Source: Bacteroidota bacterium
GTDB taxonomy: Bacteria > Bacteroidota > Bacteroidia > Bacteroidales > JAAUTT01
DNA length: 64,000 bases
Direction of reading: 5' to 3'
Assembly: GCA_023429135.1 (NCBI GenBank)
Contig: JAEYWD010000094.1
Location: 66,402 to 130,401, forward strand
Part shown: positions 18,663 to 28,297 of the stretch, in pieces
Position numbering within the stretch: the first letter of the stretch is position 1
Layout of the letters: every line of letters begins with the position of its first letter
Notes under the pieces: generated by a model
Databases searched by the model: none
Seen by the model: the letters and a program-made list of their open reading frames with translations, nothing else
Told to the model about the DNA's origin: nothing
Translations under genes and position numbers: made by a program

Positions 18663-19871
18663 ATGAAAATAACCAAAGCCGAATTAATCGTTTGCTCTCC
18701 GGGCCGGAACTTTGTAACCCTGATGATCCATACCGACCAGGGAATTTATGGTTTGGGCGATGCAACGCTCAACGGTCGGGAACTGGCCATAGCCACCTAT
18801 CTTGAGGAATACTGCATTCCCAGCCTGATTGGCCGAAATCCGCTCGACATTGAAGACATTTGGCAATATTTCTATAAAGGGGCGTACTGGAAAAGGGGTC
18901 CGGTTACCATGACTGCCATTGCTGCTATCGACATGGCTCTGTGGGATATTAAAGGCAAGTTCCTGAAAACCCCTGTTTACAACCTTCTTGGCGGAAAAAG
19001 CCGCGACAGGATACTTGTATATTGTCATGCCAACGGTGTGGATCTTTCGCATACGCTTGAGGTAGTGCAACATCATAAAGAACTGGGCTATCAGGCTATT
19101 CGTGTTCAATCGGGTATTCCCGGAATTACAAAGACTTATGGTGTTGCAGCAAAAGGCGAAAACTACGAACCTGCCACCCGAACCCTACCCCGCGAGGATA
19201 GTTGGAATACCGAAAAATACCTGCGGTTTATGCCTAAACTTTTCCGGGAAGTACGGGATAAATTTGGAGACGATATTTATTTATTGCACGACTGCCACCA
19301 CCGGTTGACCCCCATTGAGGCGGCCCGGTTTGGCAAAGAAACAGAGCCTTTTCATTTGTTCTGGATGGAAGATCCCATATCGGAAGAATTGCAGGAATCG
19401 TTCCGTATTATACGAAAACACACAACCACACCGGTTGCAGTCGGTGAAATCTATAACTCCATATTCGATTGTCAGCAACTTATTACCGAACAGCTTATAG
19501 ATTATTTGCGCATGACCATTGTTCATGGCGGCGGTATTACGCATCTGCTCAAGGTGGCACATCTGGCCGAAATTTATAACGTACGCACAGGATTTCACGG
19601 AGCAACAGATCTGTCACCGGTAACCATGGCAGCCGCTTTGCACTTCGACATGGCTATCCATAATTTTGGCATCCAGGAACACATGCCCCACGAGAAAATT
19701 GTTGACGAGGTTTTTCCGCATGAGTATTATTTCAGGGATGGATTTATGTATGTAGGCGATAAACCCGGGTTGGGTGTGGATATTGATCTCAATCTTGCCG
19801 TTAAATACCCTTACCAGCGTGCATTTCTTCCGGTGAACCGCGCCGAAGACGGCACCATGTGGAACTGGTAA
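18663..19871 (+). CDS. manD: enolase-superfamily D-mannonate dehydratase (ManD family)
   Basis: The start was moved to the ATG at 18663 ('[40 protein letters not shown]...'). The ManD-type N-terminal capping domain is followed by a barrel with 'DCHHRL' and 'WMEDP'. Confidence 0.8.
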   Translation: MKITKAELIVCSPGRNFVTLMIHTDQGIYGLGDATLNGRELAIATYLEEYCIPSLIGRNPLDIEDIWQYFYKGAYWKRGPVTMTAIAAIDMALWDIKGKFLKTPVYNLLGGKSRDRILVYCHANGVDLSHTLEVVQHHKELGYQAIRVQSGIPGITKTYGVAAKGENYEPATRTLPREDSWNTEKYLRFMPKLFREVRDKFGDDIYLLHDCHHRLTPIEAARFGKETEPFHLFWMEDPISEELQESFRIIRKHTTTPVAVGEIYNSIFDCQQLITEQLIDYLRMTIVHGGGITHLLKVAHLAEIYNVRTGFHGATDLSPVTMAAALHFDMAIHNFGIQEHMPHEKIVDEVFPHEYYFRDGFMYVGDKPGLGVDIDLNLAVKYPYQRAFLPVNRAEDGTMWNW

Positions 19872-19874
19872 TTC

Positions 19875-19895
19875 GGTCCACAGACGACAGACTTC
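19875..19895. repeat. inverted copy (20/21) of the 17622..17642 repeat core
   Basis: GGTCCACAGACGACAGACTTC compares with the reverse complement of 17622..17642, GGTCCACAGACGACGGACTTC. A further degenerate copy, CCATCGTCGCCTGTGGTC, lies at 19929..19948. Confidence 0.75.
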
Positions 19896-20020
19896 GGTCG
19901 ACAGTTAAGCAGCCGCTTAAAATATTGGCCATCGTCGCCTGTGGTCAAACTTAATTTAATAAAAACTTGACATTACTACATCAGGAACATTACATTTACA
20001 CAGCTCTGAAAAACATCGTT

Positions 20021-22894
20021 ATGAGAAACGTCACTAACTACTGCCTCCGCTTCAAAGTGGTACTTGTTTTTGCTTTTTCACTTCTGGGTTCAACAATTCA
20101 TGCTCAGGAAAATTTCATCAGCTTTACGCTCGAAAGGGAAAATTTCTGCATTTCAGCTTCTAACAAGAAAACAACCATCCTCCTTGCAGAAGATGAACAT
20201 CCTGCAGTTAAGAACATCGCCGGAATTTTTGCCAACGATTTAAAGATGGTAACAGGAGTAACTCCAGATGTTAAAACTAATAAATCGTCTAAAGATGATC
20301 AGGTTATCATTATCGGAACCCTGGGCAGCAGCAAGTTAATCGATGCCCTGGTAAAAAAAGGAACTCTGAATGTTTCAGCCATACACAATAAGTGGGAATC
20401 ATGTTTGATTCAGGTTATCAGTTACCCGAAAGCCGGAATTAAAAAAGCTTTGGTTATTGTTGGAAGTGATAAGCGCGGAACCATTTACGGCATGCTTGAA
20501 GTTTCAAAGCAGATGGGTGTTTCGCCATGGTACTGGTGGGCTGATGTTCCGGTAATCAGAAAGCCTGAAGTTTTTGTAAAACCCGGAAGATATATTCTGA
20601 ATGAGCCGAAAGTAAAGTATCGCGGTTTTTTTATCAACGATGAAGCTCCGGCCCTTTCGGGATGGTCGAAGGAAAAATTTGGTGGTTTTAACCACCTGTT
20701 CTACGAAAAAGTTTTTGAGCTACTGCTTCGCATGAAAGGCAACTACCTGTGGCCAGCAATGTGGGGAAGCGCTTTCAATGCAGATGATTCCCTTAACCAG
20801 AGAACAGCAGATAACTATGGTGTTGTAATGGGAACCTCGCATCACGAGCCCATGGTAAGAGCGCACGATGAATGGCGGCGATTTGGATCCGGTCCCTGGA
20901 ATTACGAAAAGAACGAACAGAAACTGAAAGAATTCTGGACACAGGGCATTAAACGTATGGGAACTTCCGAAAATATTGTTTCGCTGGGAATGCGTGACGA
21001 TGGCGATATGCCCATGTCGCAGGAGAGCAACATTGCCCTGCTGGAGCGGATTGTAAAAGATCAGCGCGAAATTATTCAAAATGTTACCGGCAAATCTCCC
21101 GAAAAAACTCCCCAAATGTGGGCGTTGTATAAAGAGGTGCAGGACTATTACGATAAAGGCATGAGGGTTCCCGATGATGTTACGCTTTTACTTTGCGACG
21201 ACAACTGGGGCAATATCCGGAAACTCCCAAACCTGAATGACAAACCCCGGAATGGAGGATACGGCATTTACTACCATTACGATTATGTTGGCGGTCCACG
21301 AAATTACAAATGGATAAACACAAACCCCATTGCCCGCGTTTGGGAACAGATGCACCTGGCTTATGAATACGGAGTGCGACAGGTTTGGATTGTAAACGTA
21401 GGCGACATCAAGCCCATGGAGTTTCCGCTTCAGTTCTTCCTGGATTATGCCTGGGATCCCGACAAAATTCAAGCAAATCAGCTAAGGGATTATACAAAAG
21501 CATGGAGCGAAAGTCAATTTGGGAAAGAATATGCCGATTCCATTTCCGGTTTTATAACCACATACCTGAAATACAGCGGCCGACGGAAACCCGAACTCCT
21601 TTCACCCGAAACATACAGTATTACCAATTACAATGAAGCTGACAGAATTATCCAGGAATCCAAAACTTTATTAACCCAGGCTCAATCAATTTCAAAAAAA
21701 CTTTCTCCTGAATATCAGGATGCCTATTACCAGTTGGTTTTACATCCAGTTGAGGCGTTGGCAAACCTGAACGAATTATATGTAACAATTGCAAAAAACC
21801 GTTTACATGCCCTCCAGGGACGAGCATCAGCAAACGATCTCGCCCAAAAAGCAAAAGAATTGTTTTTAAAGGATTCATTAATCACACTTTATTATAACAA
21901 AACACTGGCAAATGGAAAGTGGAATCACATGATGGATCAGACCCATATTGGCTATACCTACTGGCAACAACCCCCGTTAAACAGGATGCCTAAAGTGGAA
22001 CTGACAACACCTGAAGATACTGCAATAATTAAAATGGGAGTTGCATGTGGAGATTCTTATACCTGGAAACCATACAGAAGTGCTATCGAACTCCCACAAT
22101 TTTATAGCTACGATAAAACTCCCCAATATTTCGAGATTTTTAACCGTGGAACCATTCCCTTTACCTATTTTGTCGAATCGTTTACGCCCAAACTGAGGGT
22201 GTTTCCGCGTACCTTTACACTTAAAGCCGGAGAATCGGCTGAGATTGAAGTGGAGGTCAAATGGGAAGAAGTTAAGGGTTTAAATGTAAACATTCCTGTT
22301 CAGGTAATTGCTACGACAGGACAAACTGTAAAGGTAAAAGTAATTGCAAACAATTATGATTCTGCTGAAATAAGTGGTTTTGCTGAAACAAACGGCTATA
22401 TTTCAATGGAAGCGGAGCATTTTACGAAGAAGGTTGAGAATAACGGCATTCAATGGCTTGTTATCCCCGATCTTGGAAAAACACTCTCGGGGATAACTCC
22501 CATTCCTGTTACAAGTGAACCCCAAATTCCCGACGACAAGGGATCGTACCTCGAGTATGAAGTTTTCCTGACAGATACCGGTGCAATCACCATCCATACG
22601 CTTATGTCCCCAACATTAAACTTCCATAATAAAGGGCTCCGTTATGGTATTTCAATCGACAATGAATCACCCCAGATTATCGATGTTCATTCTGACACAT
22701 CATTAAAAACCTGGGAAAAATGGGTGAGCGATAACATTATTGATAAGAAATCCTTCCACAGGATTGCATCGCCCGGGAAGCATGTTGTCCGTTTTCGTAT
22801 GATAGATCCGGGGCTAGTTCTTCAGAAAATTATTATAGACTCCGGTGGTTTGAAGGATTCGTACCTGGGTCCTCCGGAGAGTCCAAAACTTTAA
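20021..22894 (+). CDS. glycoside hydrolase family 115 (xylan alpha-1,2-glucuronidase-like)
   Basis: The start was moved to the ATG at 20021 ('MRNVTNYCLRFKVVLVFAFSLLGSTIHAQ' signal). GH115-typical blocks are present: 'VIVGSDKRGTIYGMLEVSKQMGVSPWYWWADVP', 'YRGFFINDEAPALSGW' and 'LLRMKGNYLWPAMW'. Confidence 0.8.
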   Translation: MRNVTNYCLRFKVVLVFAFSLLGSTIHAQENFISFTLERENFCISASNKKTTILLAEDEHPAVKNIAGIFANDLKMVTGVTPDVKTNKSSKDDQVIIIGTLGSSKLIDALVKKGTLNVSAIHNKWESCLIQVISYPKAGIKKALVIVGSDKRGTIYGMLEVSKQMGVSPWYWWADVPVIRKPEVFVKPGRYILNEPKVKYRGFFINDEAPALSGWSKEKFGGFNHLFYEKVFELLLRMKGNYLWPAMWGSAFNADDSLNQRTADNYGVVMGTSHHEPMVRAHDEWRRFGSGPWNYEKNEQKLKEFWTQGIKRMGTSENIVSLGMRDDGDMPMSQESNIALLERIVKDQREIIQNVTGKSPEKTPQMWALYKEVQDYYDKGMRVPDDVTLLLCDDNWGNIRKLPNLNDKPRNGGYGIYYHYDYVGGPRNYKWINTNPIARVWEQMHLAYEYGVRQVWIVNVGDIKPMEFPLQFFLDYAWDPDKIQANQLRDYTKAWSESQFGKEYADSISGFITTYLKYSGRRKPELLSPETYSITNYNEADRIIQESKTLLTQAQSISKKLSPEYQDAYYQLVLHPVEALANLNELYVTIAKNRLHALQGRASANDLAQKAKELFLKDSLITLYYNKTLANGKWNHMMDQTHIGYTYWQQPPLNRMPKVELTTPEDTAIIKMGVACGDSYTWKPYRSAIELPQFYSYDKTPQYFEIFNRGTIPFTYFVESFTPKLRVFPRTFTLKAGESAEIEVEVKWEEVKGLNVNIPVQVIATTGQTVKVKVIANNYDSAEISGFAETNGYISMEAEHFTKKVENNGIQWLVIPDLGKTLSGITPIPVTSEPQIPDDKGSYLEYEVFLTDTGAITIHTLMSPTLNFHNKGLRYGISIDNESPQIIDVHSDTSLKTWEKWVSDNIIDKKSFHRIASPGKHVVRFRMIDPGLVLQKIIIDSGGLKDSYLGPPESPKL

Positions 22895-22916
22895 TCACCT
22901 TTCAATGCACATTCAA

Positions 22917-24851
22917 ATGAGAAAAATTCTGATTCTGTTCTTTTTTCTGATTATTTATAATCATGCTTTTACCCAGGTAAAACTCCCGAAGCTTATCAGC
23001 GACGGAGTGATCCTTCAAAGAGATGCAAAAGTAAAAATCTGGGGCTGGGCTTCGGCAAACGAAAACGTGTTGGTAAAGTTCCTAGGTTCAACCTATAAAA
23101 CAGTAGCAGACAGTCAGGGCGACTGGAGTATTGAGCTTCCCAAAATGAAGGCTGGCGGACCTTACGACATGGAAATTAAAGCCAACAACACCATCACCAT
23201 CAAAAATATTATGGTAGGCGATGTATGGATCTGCTCGGGGCAATCGAATATGGAACTCTCCATGGAAAGAGCCAGTCCGCTCTATCAAAAGGAAATTGAA
23301 CAGTCGGATAATCCAAACATACGGCAGTTTGTGGTTCCCAAGCGATATAACTTCAATGTTGCCGAAAAAGATCTGGTGGGGGGAAGCTGGGTTTCGGCCA
23401 GTCCAAAAACAATCATGGGATTCTCGGCAGTTGCCTATTTCTTTGCCAAAAACCTTTACGACACTTATAAAGTTCCTATAGGATTAATCAACAGCGCATT
23501 GGGAGGATCTCCCGCTGAAGCCTGGATAAGTGAAGAAGGCCTGAAGCAATTTCCCGAACATTTTAATGAATTGCAAAAGTTTAAGGATAGTACTCTCATC
23601 AAAAAAATTGAGAGTGCAGACAACATCCGCTCACAAAACTGGTACAAAGGTCTCGGGCAAACTGATGAGGGGTATTTACAATCAGAAAACTGGAGAAGTC
23701 CATCGTTAAACACCTACGGTTGGGATACGATAGAAGTTCCGCGGTATTGGATAGGAACACCTCTGGAAAACAAAAACGGGGTGGTATGGTATCGCAAAAA
23801 AATAAACGTTCCAGCCTCCATGAGCGGTAAACCAGCCCGACTTTTGCTTGGCCGCATAGTGGATGCTGATTCGGTTTTTGTAAATAATAAGTTCGTCGGA
23901 ACAACCAGTTACCAGTACCCACCGCGGAGATATAACATTCCGGCAGGGCTTCTCAAAGAAGGAGAGAATACCATTGTGGTGCGGGTAATCAGCAATGCCG
24001 GAACAGGAGGATTCGTGCCCGACAAACCTTATGAAATTATTGCCGGAGATGAAAAAATCGATCTGAAAGGAACATGGCTTTATAAAGTGGGAGCAACCAT
24101 GGAGCCCCTGGGTAGTCAGACCTTCATAAGATGGAAGCCCGGTGGGCTTTACAATGCCATGATACATCCTCTGCACAACTTAAGTATAAAAGGAGTCGTC
24201 TGGTATCAGGGAGAGTCCAACGCTTCCAGGGCACTGGAATATAAAGACCTGTTTGGCGCCATGATTTCCGACTGGAGAAAACGCTGGAACCAAGGCGACT
24301 TCCCGTTCATTTTTGTGCAGCTTCCAAATTTTATGGAAGCCAAAGACCAGCCTGAAGAAAGTGACTGGGCTCTGATCCGGGAAGCTCAGCTAAAAACACT
24401 AAGTCTCCCAAATACCGGAATGGCCGTTGCCATTGACCTGGGAGAATGGAACGACATCCACCCTTTACGGAAGGCTGAGGTGGGTTACCGGCTGTCACTG
24501 GAGGCCCGACGTATCGCTTATGGTGAGAAAATGCTTGTAAGCCGCAGTCCGGTTTTCAAATCCATGAAAGTAACGGGAAATAAAGCTGAACTTACTTTTG
24601 AAAATACCGGCAGCGGAATGGTAACCAAAAATAATGTGCCTTTAAAAGGGTTTTCAGTTGCCGGTTCCGACAGGAAATTTGTTTGGGCAGAAGCCACCAT
24701 TCAAAACAACCGGATAATAGTAAGCAATCCTTTGGTACCAAAGCCCGTTGCAGTGCGATATGCCTGGGCCGATAACCCGGAAGGAGCAAATTTATACAAC
24801 CGCGAAGGATTACCCGCTTCACCCTTCAGAACAGATGATGGAGGGAAGTAA
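22917..24851 (+). CDS. sialate O-acetylesterase (SASA) family carbohydrate esterase
   Basis: The signal peptide is 'MRKILILFFFLIIYNHAFTQ'. The catalytic block 'GDVWICSGQSNM' and a second SASA half ('VVWYQGESN') are both present. It starts about 20 nt after GH115. Confidence 0.8.
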   Translation: MRKILILFFFLIIYNHAFTQVKLPKLISDGVILQRDAKVKIWGWASANENVLVKFLGSTYKTVADSQGDWSIELPKMKAGGPYDMEIKANNTITIKNIMVGDVWICSGQSNMELSMERASPLYQKEIEQSDNPNIRQFVVPKRYNFNVAEKDLVGGSWVSASPKTIMGFSAVAYFFAKNLYDTYKVPIGLINSALGGSPAEAWISEEGLKQFPEHFNELQKFKDSTLIKKIESADNIRSQNWYKGLGQTDEGYLQSENWRSPSLNTYGWDTIEVPRYWIGTPLENKNGVVWYRKKINVPASMSGKPARLLLGRIVDADSVFVNNKFVGTTSYQYPPRRYNIPAGLLKEGENTIVVRVISNAGTGGFVPDKPYEIIAGDEKIDLKGTWLYKVGATMEPLGSQTFIRWKPGGLYNAMIHPLHNLSIKGVVWYQGESNASRALEYKDLFGAMISDWRKRWNQGDFPFIFVQLPNFMEAKDQPEESDWALIREAQLKTLSLPNTGMAVAIDLGEWNDIHPLRKAEVGYRLSLEARRIAYGEKMLVSRSPVFKSMKVTGNKAELTFENTGSGMVTKNNVPLKGFSVAGSDRKFVWAEATIQNNRIIVSNPLVPKPVAVRYAWADNPEGANLYNREGLPASPFRTDDGGK

Positions 24852-24997
24852 ATATATTGAATCATTTGCGGCTGTTAACTCTTGTATTTCTCTGTGAAAT
24901 GGTAATTGTAAACAGAATTTTAAAGCGCCTTGATTGACACAAATAAAGATAAAACCCTAAGCAGGGTTTTCAGGCAGATAATTGCCACCAGTTATTT

Positions 24998-25031
24998 AAA
25001 AGCTGACTCCTGGGAAGCAGTCAGCTTTTTC
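24998..25031 (+). terminator. rho-independent terminator after the esterase gene
   Basis: The stem AGCTGACT (25001..25008) pairs with AGTCAGCT (25019..25026) and is followed by TTTTT. A second small hairpin, AAAACCCT-aagc-AGGGTTTT, lies about 40 nt upstream. Confidence 0.6.
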
Positions 25032-25091
25032 ATTTCAACCAACCGATAGATCTGCTTGTTTTCCTATTTTTGAATTTCAAAATAAGCGAAA

Positions 25092-25898
25092 ATGATCTCC
25101 AGAAATATTAAAACCATACCCTATTACTTCTTCGAAAGTTTATCGAAGTTCCCAAGCTTGTGTCATTTTGTTTCCACCCGTGATGGAGGCATCAGCGAAG
25201 GAACTCATTCTGCTTTAAATCTGAGTCTGCGCGTAAACGACGATCCCTATAGTGTGAAACGCAACAGAGAGCTTATTGCACGCTCTTTTAGTATTGCTCC
25301 ACAACAGCTTGTTTTTTCAAGTCAAACCCATGACGATAAAGTTGCAGTGATCGATTCCGGATTTATGGAATTATCAGAAGATGACCAGAATACCTATTTG
25401 TACGGATACGATGCCATGGTAACAAGTCTTAAAGACATATGCATCTGCATTTTAACCGCCGACTGCGCATCAATTCTTCTTTACGACACCGAAACTCCCG
25501 CCATAGGTATTGCTCACGCCGGATGGAAGGGAACGGTAAAGAAAATAGCAGCTAAGACCATTGCTGCCATGACTGAGAACTATGGCAGCAAAGCCGAAAA
25601 CATTGTCGTCGCAATAGGCCCTTGCATTTGTGGGGAATCGTTTGAAGTCGGAGAAGAAGTTGCAGAAGTTTTTGAAAGCACTTTTAACCACAACGAAAAA
25701 ATTGTTTTAAGAAAACCCGAATGGATTAAGCCCCACGTGAATATAGTGGCAGCAAATATTGAAATTCTGAAAGAAGCGGGAATTAAACCTGAAAATATTG
25801 AAACCTCGGGAATATGTACCTATCAGAATTCCGACATTTTCTTCTCAGCAAGAAAACAAGCTGCTGGCAGGTTTGGAGCGGGGTTGATGATGAGGTAG
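25092..25898 (+). CDS. pgeF: peptidoglycan editing factor PgeF (YfiH / polyphenol-oxidase-like family)
   Basis: 268 aa. The family His/Cys/His pattern is present: 'SQTHDDKV', 'LTADCASILLYD' and 'GIAHAGWKGT'. Confidence 0.85.
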   Translation: MISRNIKTIPYYFFESLSKFPSLCHFVSTRDGGISEGTHSALNLSLRVNDDPYSVKRNRELIARSFSIAPQQLVFSSQTHDDKVAVIDSGFMELSEDDQNTYLYGYDAMVTSLKDICICILTADCASILLYDTETPAIGIAHAGWKGTVKKIAAKTIAAMTENYGSKAENIVVAIGPCICGESFEVGEEVAEVFESTFNHNEKIVLRKPEWIKPHVNIVAANIEILKEAGIKPENIETSGICTYQNSDIFFSARKQAAGRFGAGLMMR

Positions 25899-25910
25899 GC
25901 ATAAAATATA

Positions 25911-25978
25911 AACACAAAGACTCAAAGACACGAAGAAAATACTGTAGCTATTTCTTAGTGTGCCTGTGTCTTTGTGTT
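25911..25978. repeat. long imperfect hairpin of CACAAAG/CACGAAG-type units between convergent pgeF and GH5 (probable bidirectional terminator)
   Basis: The left arm AACACAAAGACTCAAAGACACGAAGA (25911..25936) faces the right arm TCTTAGTGTGCCTGTGTCTTTGTGTT (25953..25978). It belongs to the same family as 10901..10953. Confidence 0.6.
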
Positions 25979-25991
25979 CAGATTTAAAAAT

Positions 25992-26984
25992 TTATTTCCC
26001 CTGCAGCACCTTCTTAAAGAAAGCTCCCTGCCGGGTAGGGGTATAATTCCAGTCACTGAACATCATAGGTGCCCAATCGGGATCGAACACCCAAACTACC
26101 CACGATATGCCCTTTTTAGCGGTATAATCCACCAGCGTTTTTCCATATACCTCATCGCCGGTAACAGGAATATGAACCCCTTTTTCTTCGGGAAGCGCAA
26201 ATCCCACTTCGGTTAAAATAACAGGATATTTATCAGCAACAAAACCCCAGTCCTGTTCCCATTGTGGTTCCCAGGGTTTGGATCTCTTCTCGGGATACGG
26301 ATGAGAAACATAGGCAATGTTTGAAAAATTCAAAGGTTCGTTTTTTACAGGTGTTAAATCGTAAGCCCAGTTAAAACCTGCCACCAATGGAATAGCTTTG
26401 GGATTGTTAGCCAGAATAACTGTTATCAGGTCGGTCATAAGCTCCTTCCATTGGGTCCAGGAACAACTCCCCAACTGGTTATTGTAAGTAGTTGGTTCGT
26501 TAAATATTTCGTACATGGCAACTACAGGTTCGTTGGCATATTTGCGCGAAATGGTGAGCCAGAACTCAAAGGTTTCCTTTTTGGTGGTATTATACATCTC
26601 ATTTTGGTAAAGTTCGGTACGGAGATTACCAATGGAGTGCCAGTCGATAATCAGGTAAACATTCACTTCCTTTGCCCACTGTACAGCCTGATCTATCAGC
26701 TTCAAATAATTGTCCGGACCACGTTTGCACCAGGCTACTGGATGCACAGGTAAACGAACAATATTGGCTCCCCAGGCTTTTGCTTCTTCAAAATGTTTTT
26801 TGGTCCATTTCCCGGCCTTTTCAAGTTTATCAGGATCGGAGAAATTGAGGCCGCGGAATACAATTGTTTTGCCGCTTTCGTCAACAAATTTATTGCCGGA
26901 GACTTTGATAAGGGGCATATTGGTTTGTGCCATAACAGTAGCAAAACACGAAATAACTATTAGTAATGCGAATAGTTTTTTCAT
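25992..26984 (-). CDS. glycoside hydrolase family 5 (cellulase/endo-beta-glycanase-like)
   Basis: The start was moved to the ATG at 26984 ('MKKLFALLIVISCFATVMAQ'). 'ANIVRLPV', 'YEIFNEPT' (acid/base Glu) and 'ILTEVGF' (nucleophile Glu) fit GH5. Confidence 0.8.
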   Translation of the reverse strand: MKKLFALLIVISCFATVMAQTNMPLIKVSGNKFVDESGKTIVFRGLNFSDPDKLEKAGKWTKKHFEEAKAWGANIVRLPVHPVAWCKRGPDNYLKLIDQAVQWAKEVNVYLIIDWHSIGNLRTELYQNEMYNTTKKETFEFWLTISRKYANEPVVAMYEIFNEPTTYNNQLGSCSWTQWKELMTDLITVILANNPKAIPLVAGFNWAYDLTPVKNEPLNFSNIAYVSHPYPEKRSKPWEPQWEQDWGFVADKYPVILTEVGFALPEEKGVHIPVTGDEVYGKTLVDYTAKKGISWVVWVFDPDWAPMMFSDWNYTPTRQGAFFKKVLQGK

Positions 26985-27090
26985 AATCGACAAAGAATTA
27001 ATCAATAAACATAAAAATAATCTTAAAAGATCATGTAAAAAAAATCCGGAACATAATTCCGGACTTTTTTCATTAACAATATAGCAATAA

Positions 27091-28254
27091 TTAGTTAGGT
27101 GTACAAATTCTGAAATTATCGAAATATGTTGAAAATTTGTTGTAAGCTTGTTTGTTTGGCTTGAACGTTAACCGAAGATTATCAATTGTTGTCACGCCTG
27201 TGATGCCCATAACAGATAATGGAACTGTCACCGTCATCCAGTCATTAGTTTTAAATCCAGTTGTTTTATATTCAGTCCATTCCTGAGGTCTGAAATTAAA
27301 GGATTTATCCCACATTTCGTTGATTGCCACTGAGAATGTTGCATGCTCCTCAGCTTTCAGGTTATCAGTCCACACCCAAGGCTCATTCGCTTTTACCTCA
27401 AATTTTAAAACCTTTCCGGTAAGATCCATTTTATTCACTTTAGTTGGATAATTTCCACACGTTGAGGATATGTATTCCTCATTCTCCTTTAACTCTCGTT
27501 CAATAAAACCATATTTTTTATTAATCGATTGCTCATCTTCCCTGAAGTCATTCATCCAACTTCCCCAGCACCAAGTTGAAAACCAGGTTGTACCAGGTTG
27601 ATCAAAGTCAGCCAACCAAACACCTTCATCACGATATTTCGCTATTGCAACCGAAGTTCCTCCATCTCCTTCAACTGTTATCAGTGACCCTGGTTGCGCT
27701 CCATCGGGTATTTTAATCGTGGTGGCATGCTCGCTTTGAGCAAGAATTTCTGCATTTAAATCTCCAATTTTTACGGACTTTATAAAAAACAAGTAATCAC
27801 CCAATACCTTGGTTGTGCTGCCTGGTGCAGCCATTTCGTTATACAGACCTTTTACAATAGGTTTGGGAAGATCAACCTTAAAATCGGTAGAAAATTCTTT
27901 CCCGCTTTTTGTAACCAAACGGACTTTATTCAGCAGTTCTCCTGGCAGTTTGGAAGGAACAGCACAAATAATGTTTGAAGAAGTTACAAAGTTGGGATTA
28001 ATGAAGGCTTTAACATCGTTGAACCAAACCTCTTTTACTGATTGAAGATTCGATCCCTGGATGGCAATATATAAACCAAAAGCTCCCGCAGTAATGGACG
28101 AATCTTTTTCAACCACGCGAAAGTTCTTGATAGAGGGCATTGCATCGTCATCATCATCCTTGCAGGCGTAAAAAGCAAACGAGACAACCAACGCAATAAG
28201 TGTCAGTTTAATCATTCCTGATTTTATTTTATTCATTTCTGTCTTCATTTTCAT
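27091..28254 (-). CDS. PUL-encoded surface lipoprotein, putative glycan-binding protein (IPT/TIG-like N-terminal domain)
   Basis: The lipoprotein signal is '...LIALVVSFAFYACKDD'. It sits immediately downstream of SusD, the position typical of SusE/F-like SGBPs. 'ITAGAFGLYIAIQGSNLQSVKEVWFNDV' resembles an IPT/TIG strand pattern. The function is an inference. Confidence 0.5.
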   Translation of the reverse strand: MKMKTEMNKIKSGMIKLTLIALVVSFAFYACKDDDDDAMPSIKNFRVVEKDSSITAGAFGLYIAIQGSNLQSVKEVWFNDVKAFINPNFVTSSNIICAVPSKLPGELLNKVRLVTKSGKEFSTDFKVDLPKPIVKGLYNEMAAPGSTTKVLGDYLFFIKSVKIGDLNAEILAQSEHATTIKIPDGAQPGSLITVEGDGGTSVAIAKYRDEGVWLADFDQPGTTWFSTWCWGSWMNDFREDEQSINKKYGFIERELKENEEYISSTCGNYPTKVNKMDLTGKVLKFEVKANEPWVWTDNLKAEEHATFSVAINEMWDKSFNFRPQEWTEYKTTGFKTNDWMTVTVPLSVMGITGVTTIDNLRLTFKPNKQAYNKFSTYFDNFRICTPN

Positions 28255-28297
28255 AATTGTTAATCATTACACTATCTAAAAATTGTACCAGTTGTAA

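Noticed and set aside
10901-25978. Whether the repeated hairpin elements (10901..10953 and 25911..25978) or the CTGTGG repeats could be a CRISPR array or its remnants.
   Set aside because: The copies are kilobases apart rather than regularly spaced by short unique spacers. They are imperfect and occur singly at gene ends. No cas genes are present in the window.
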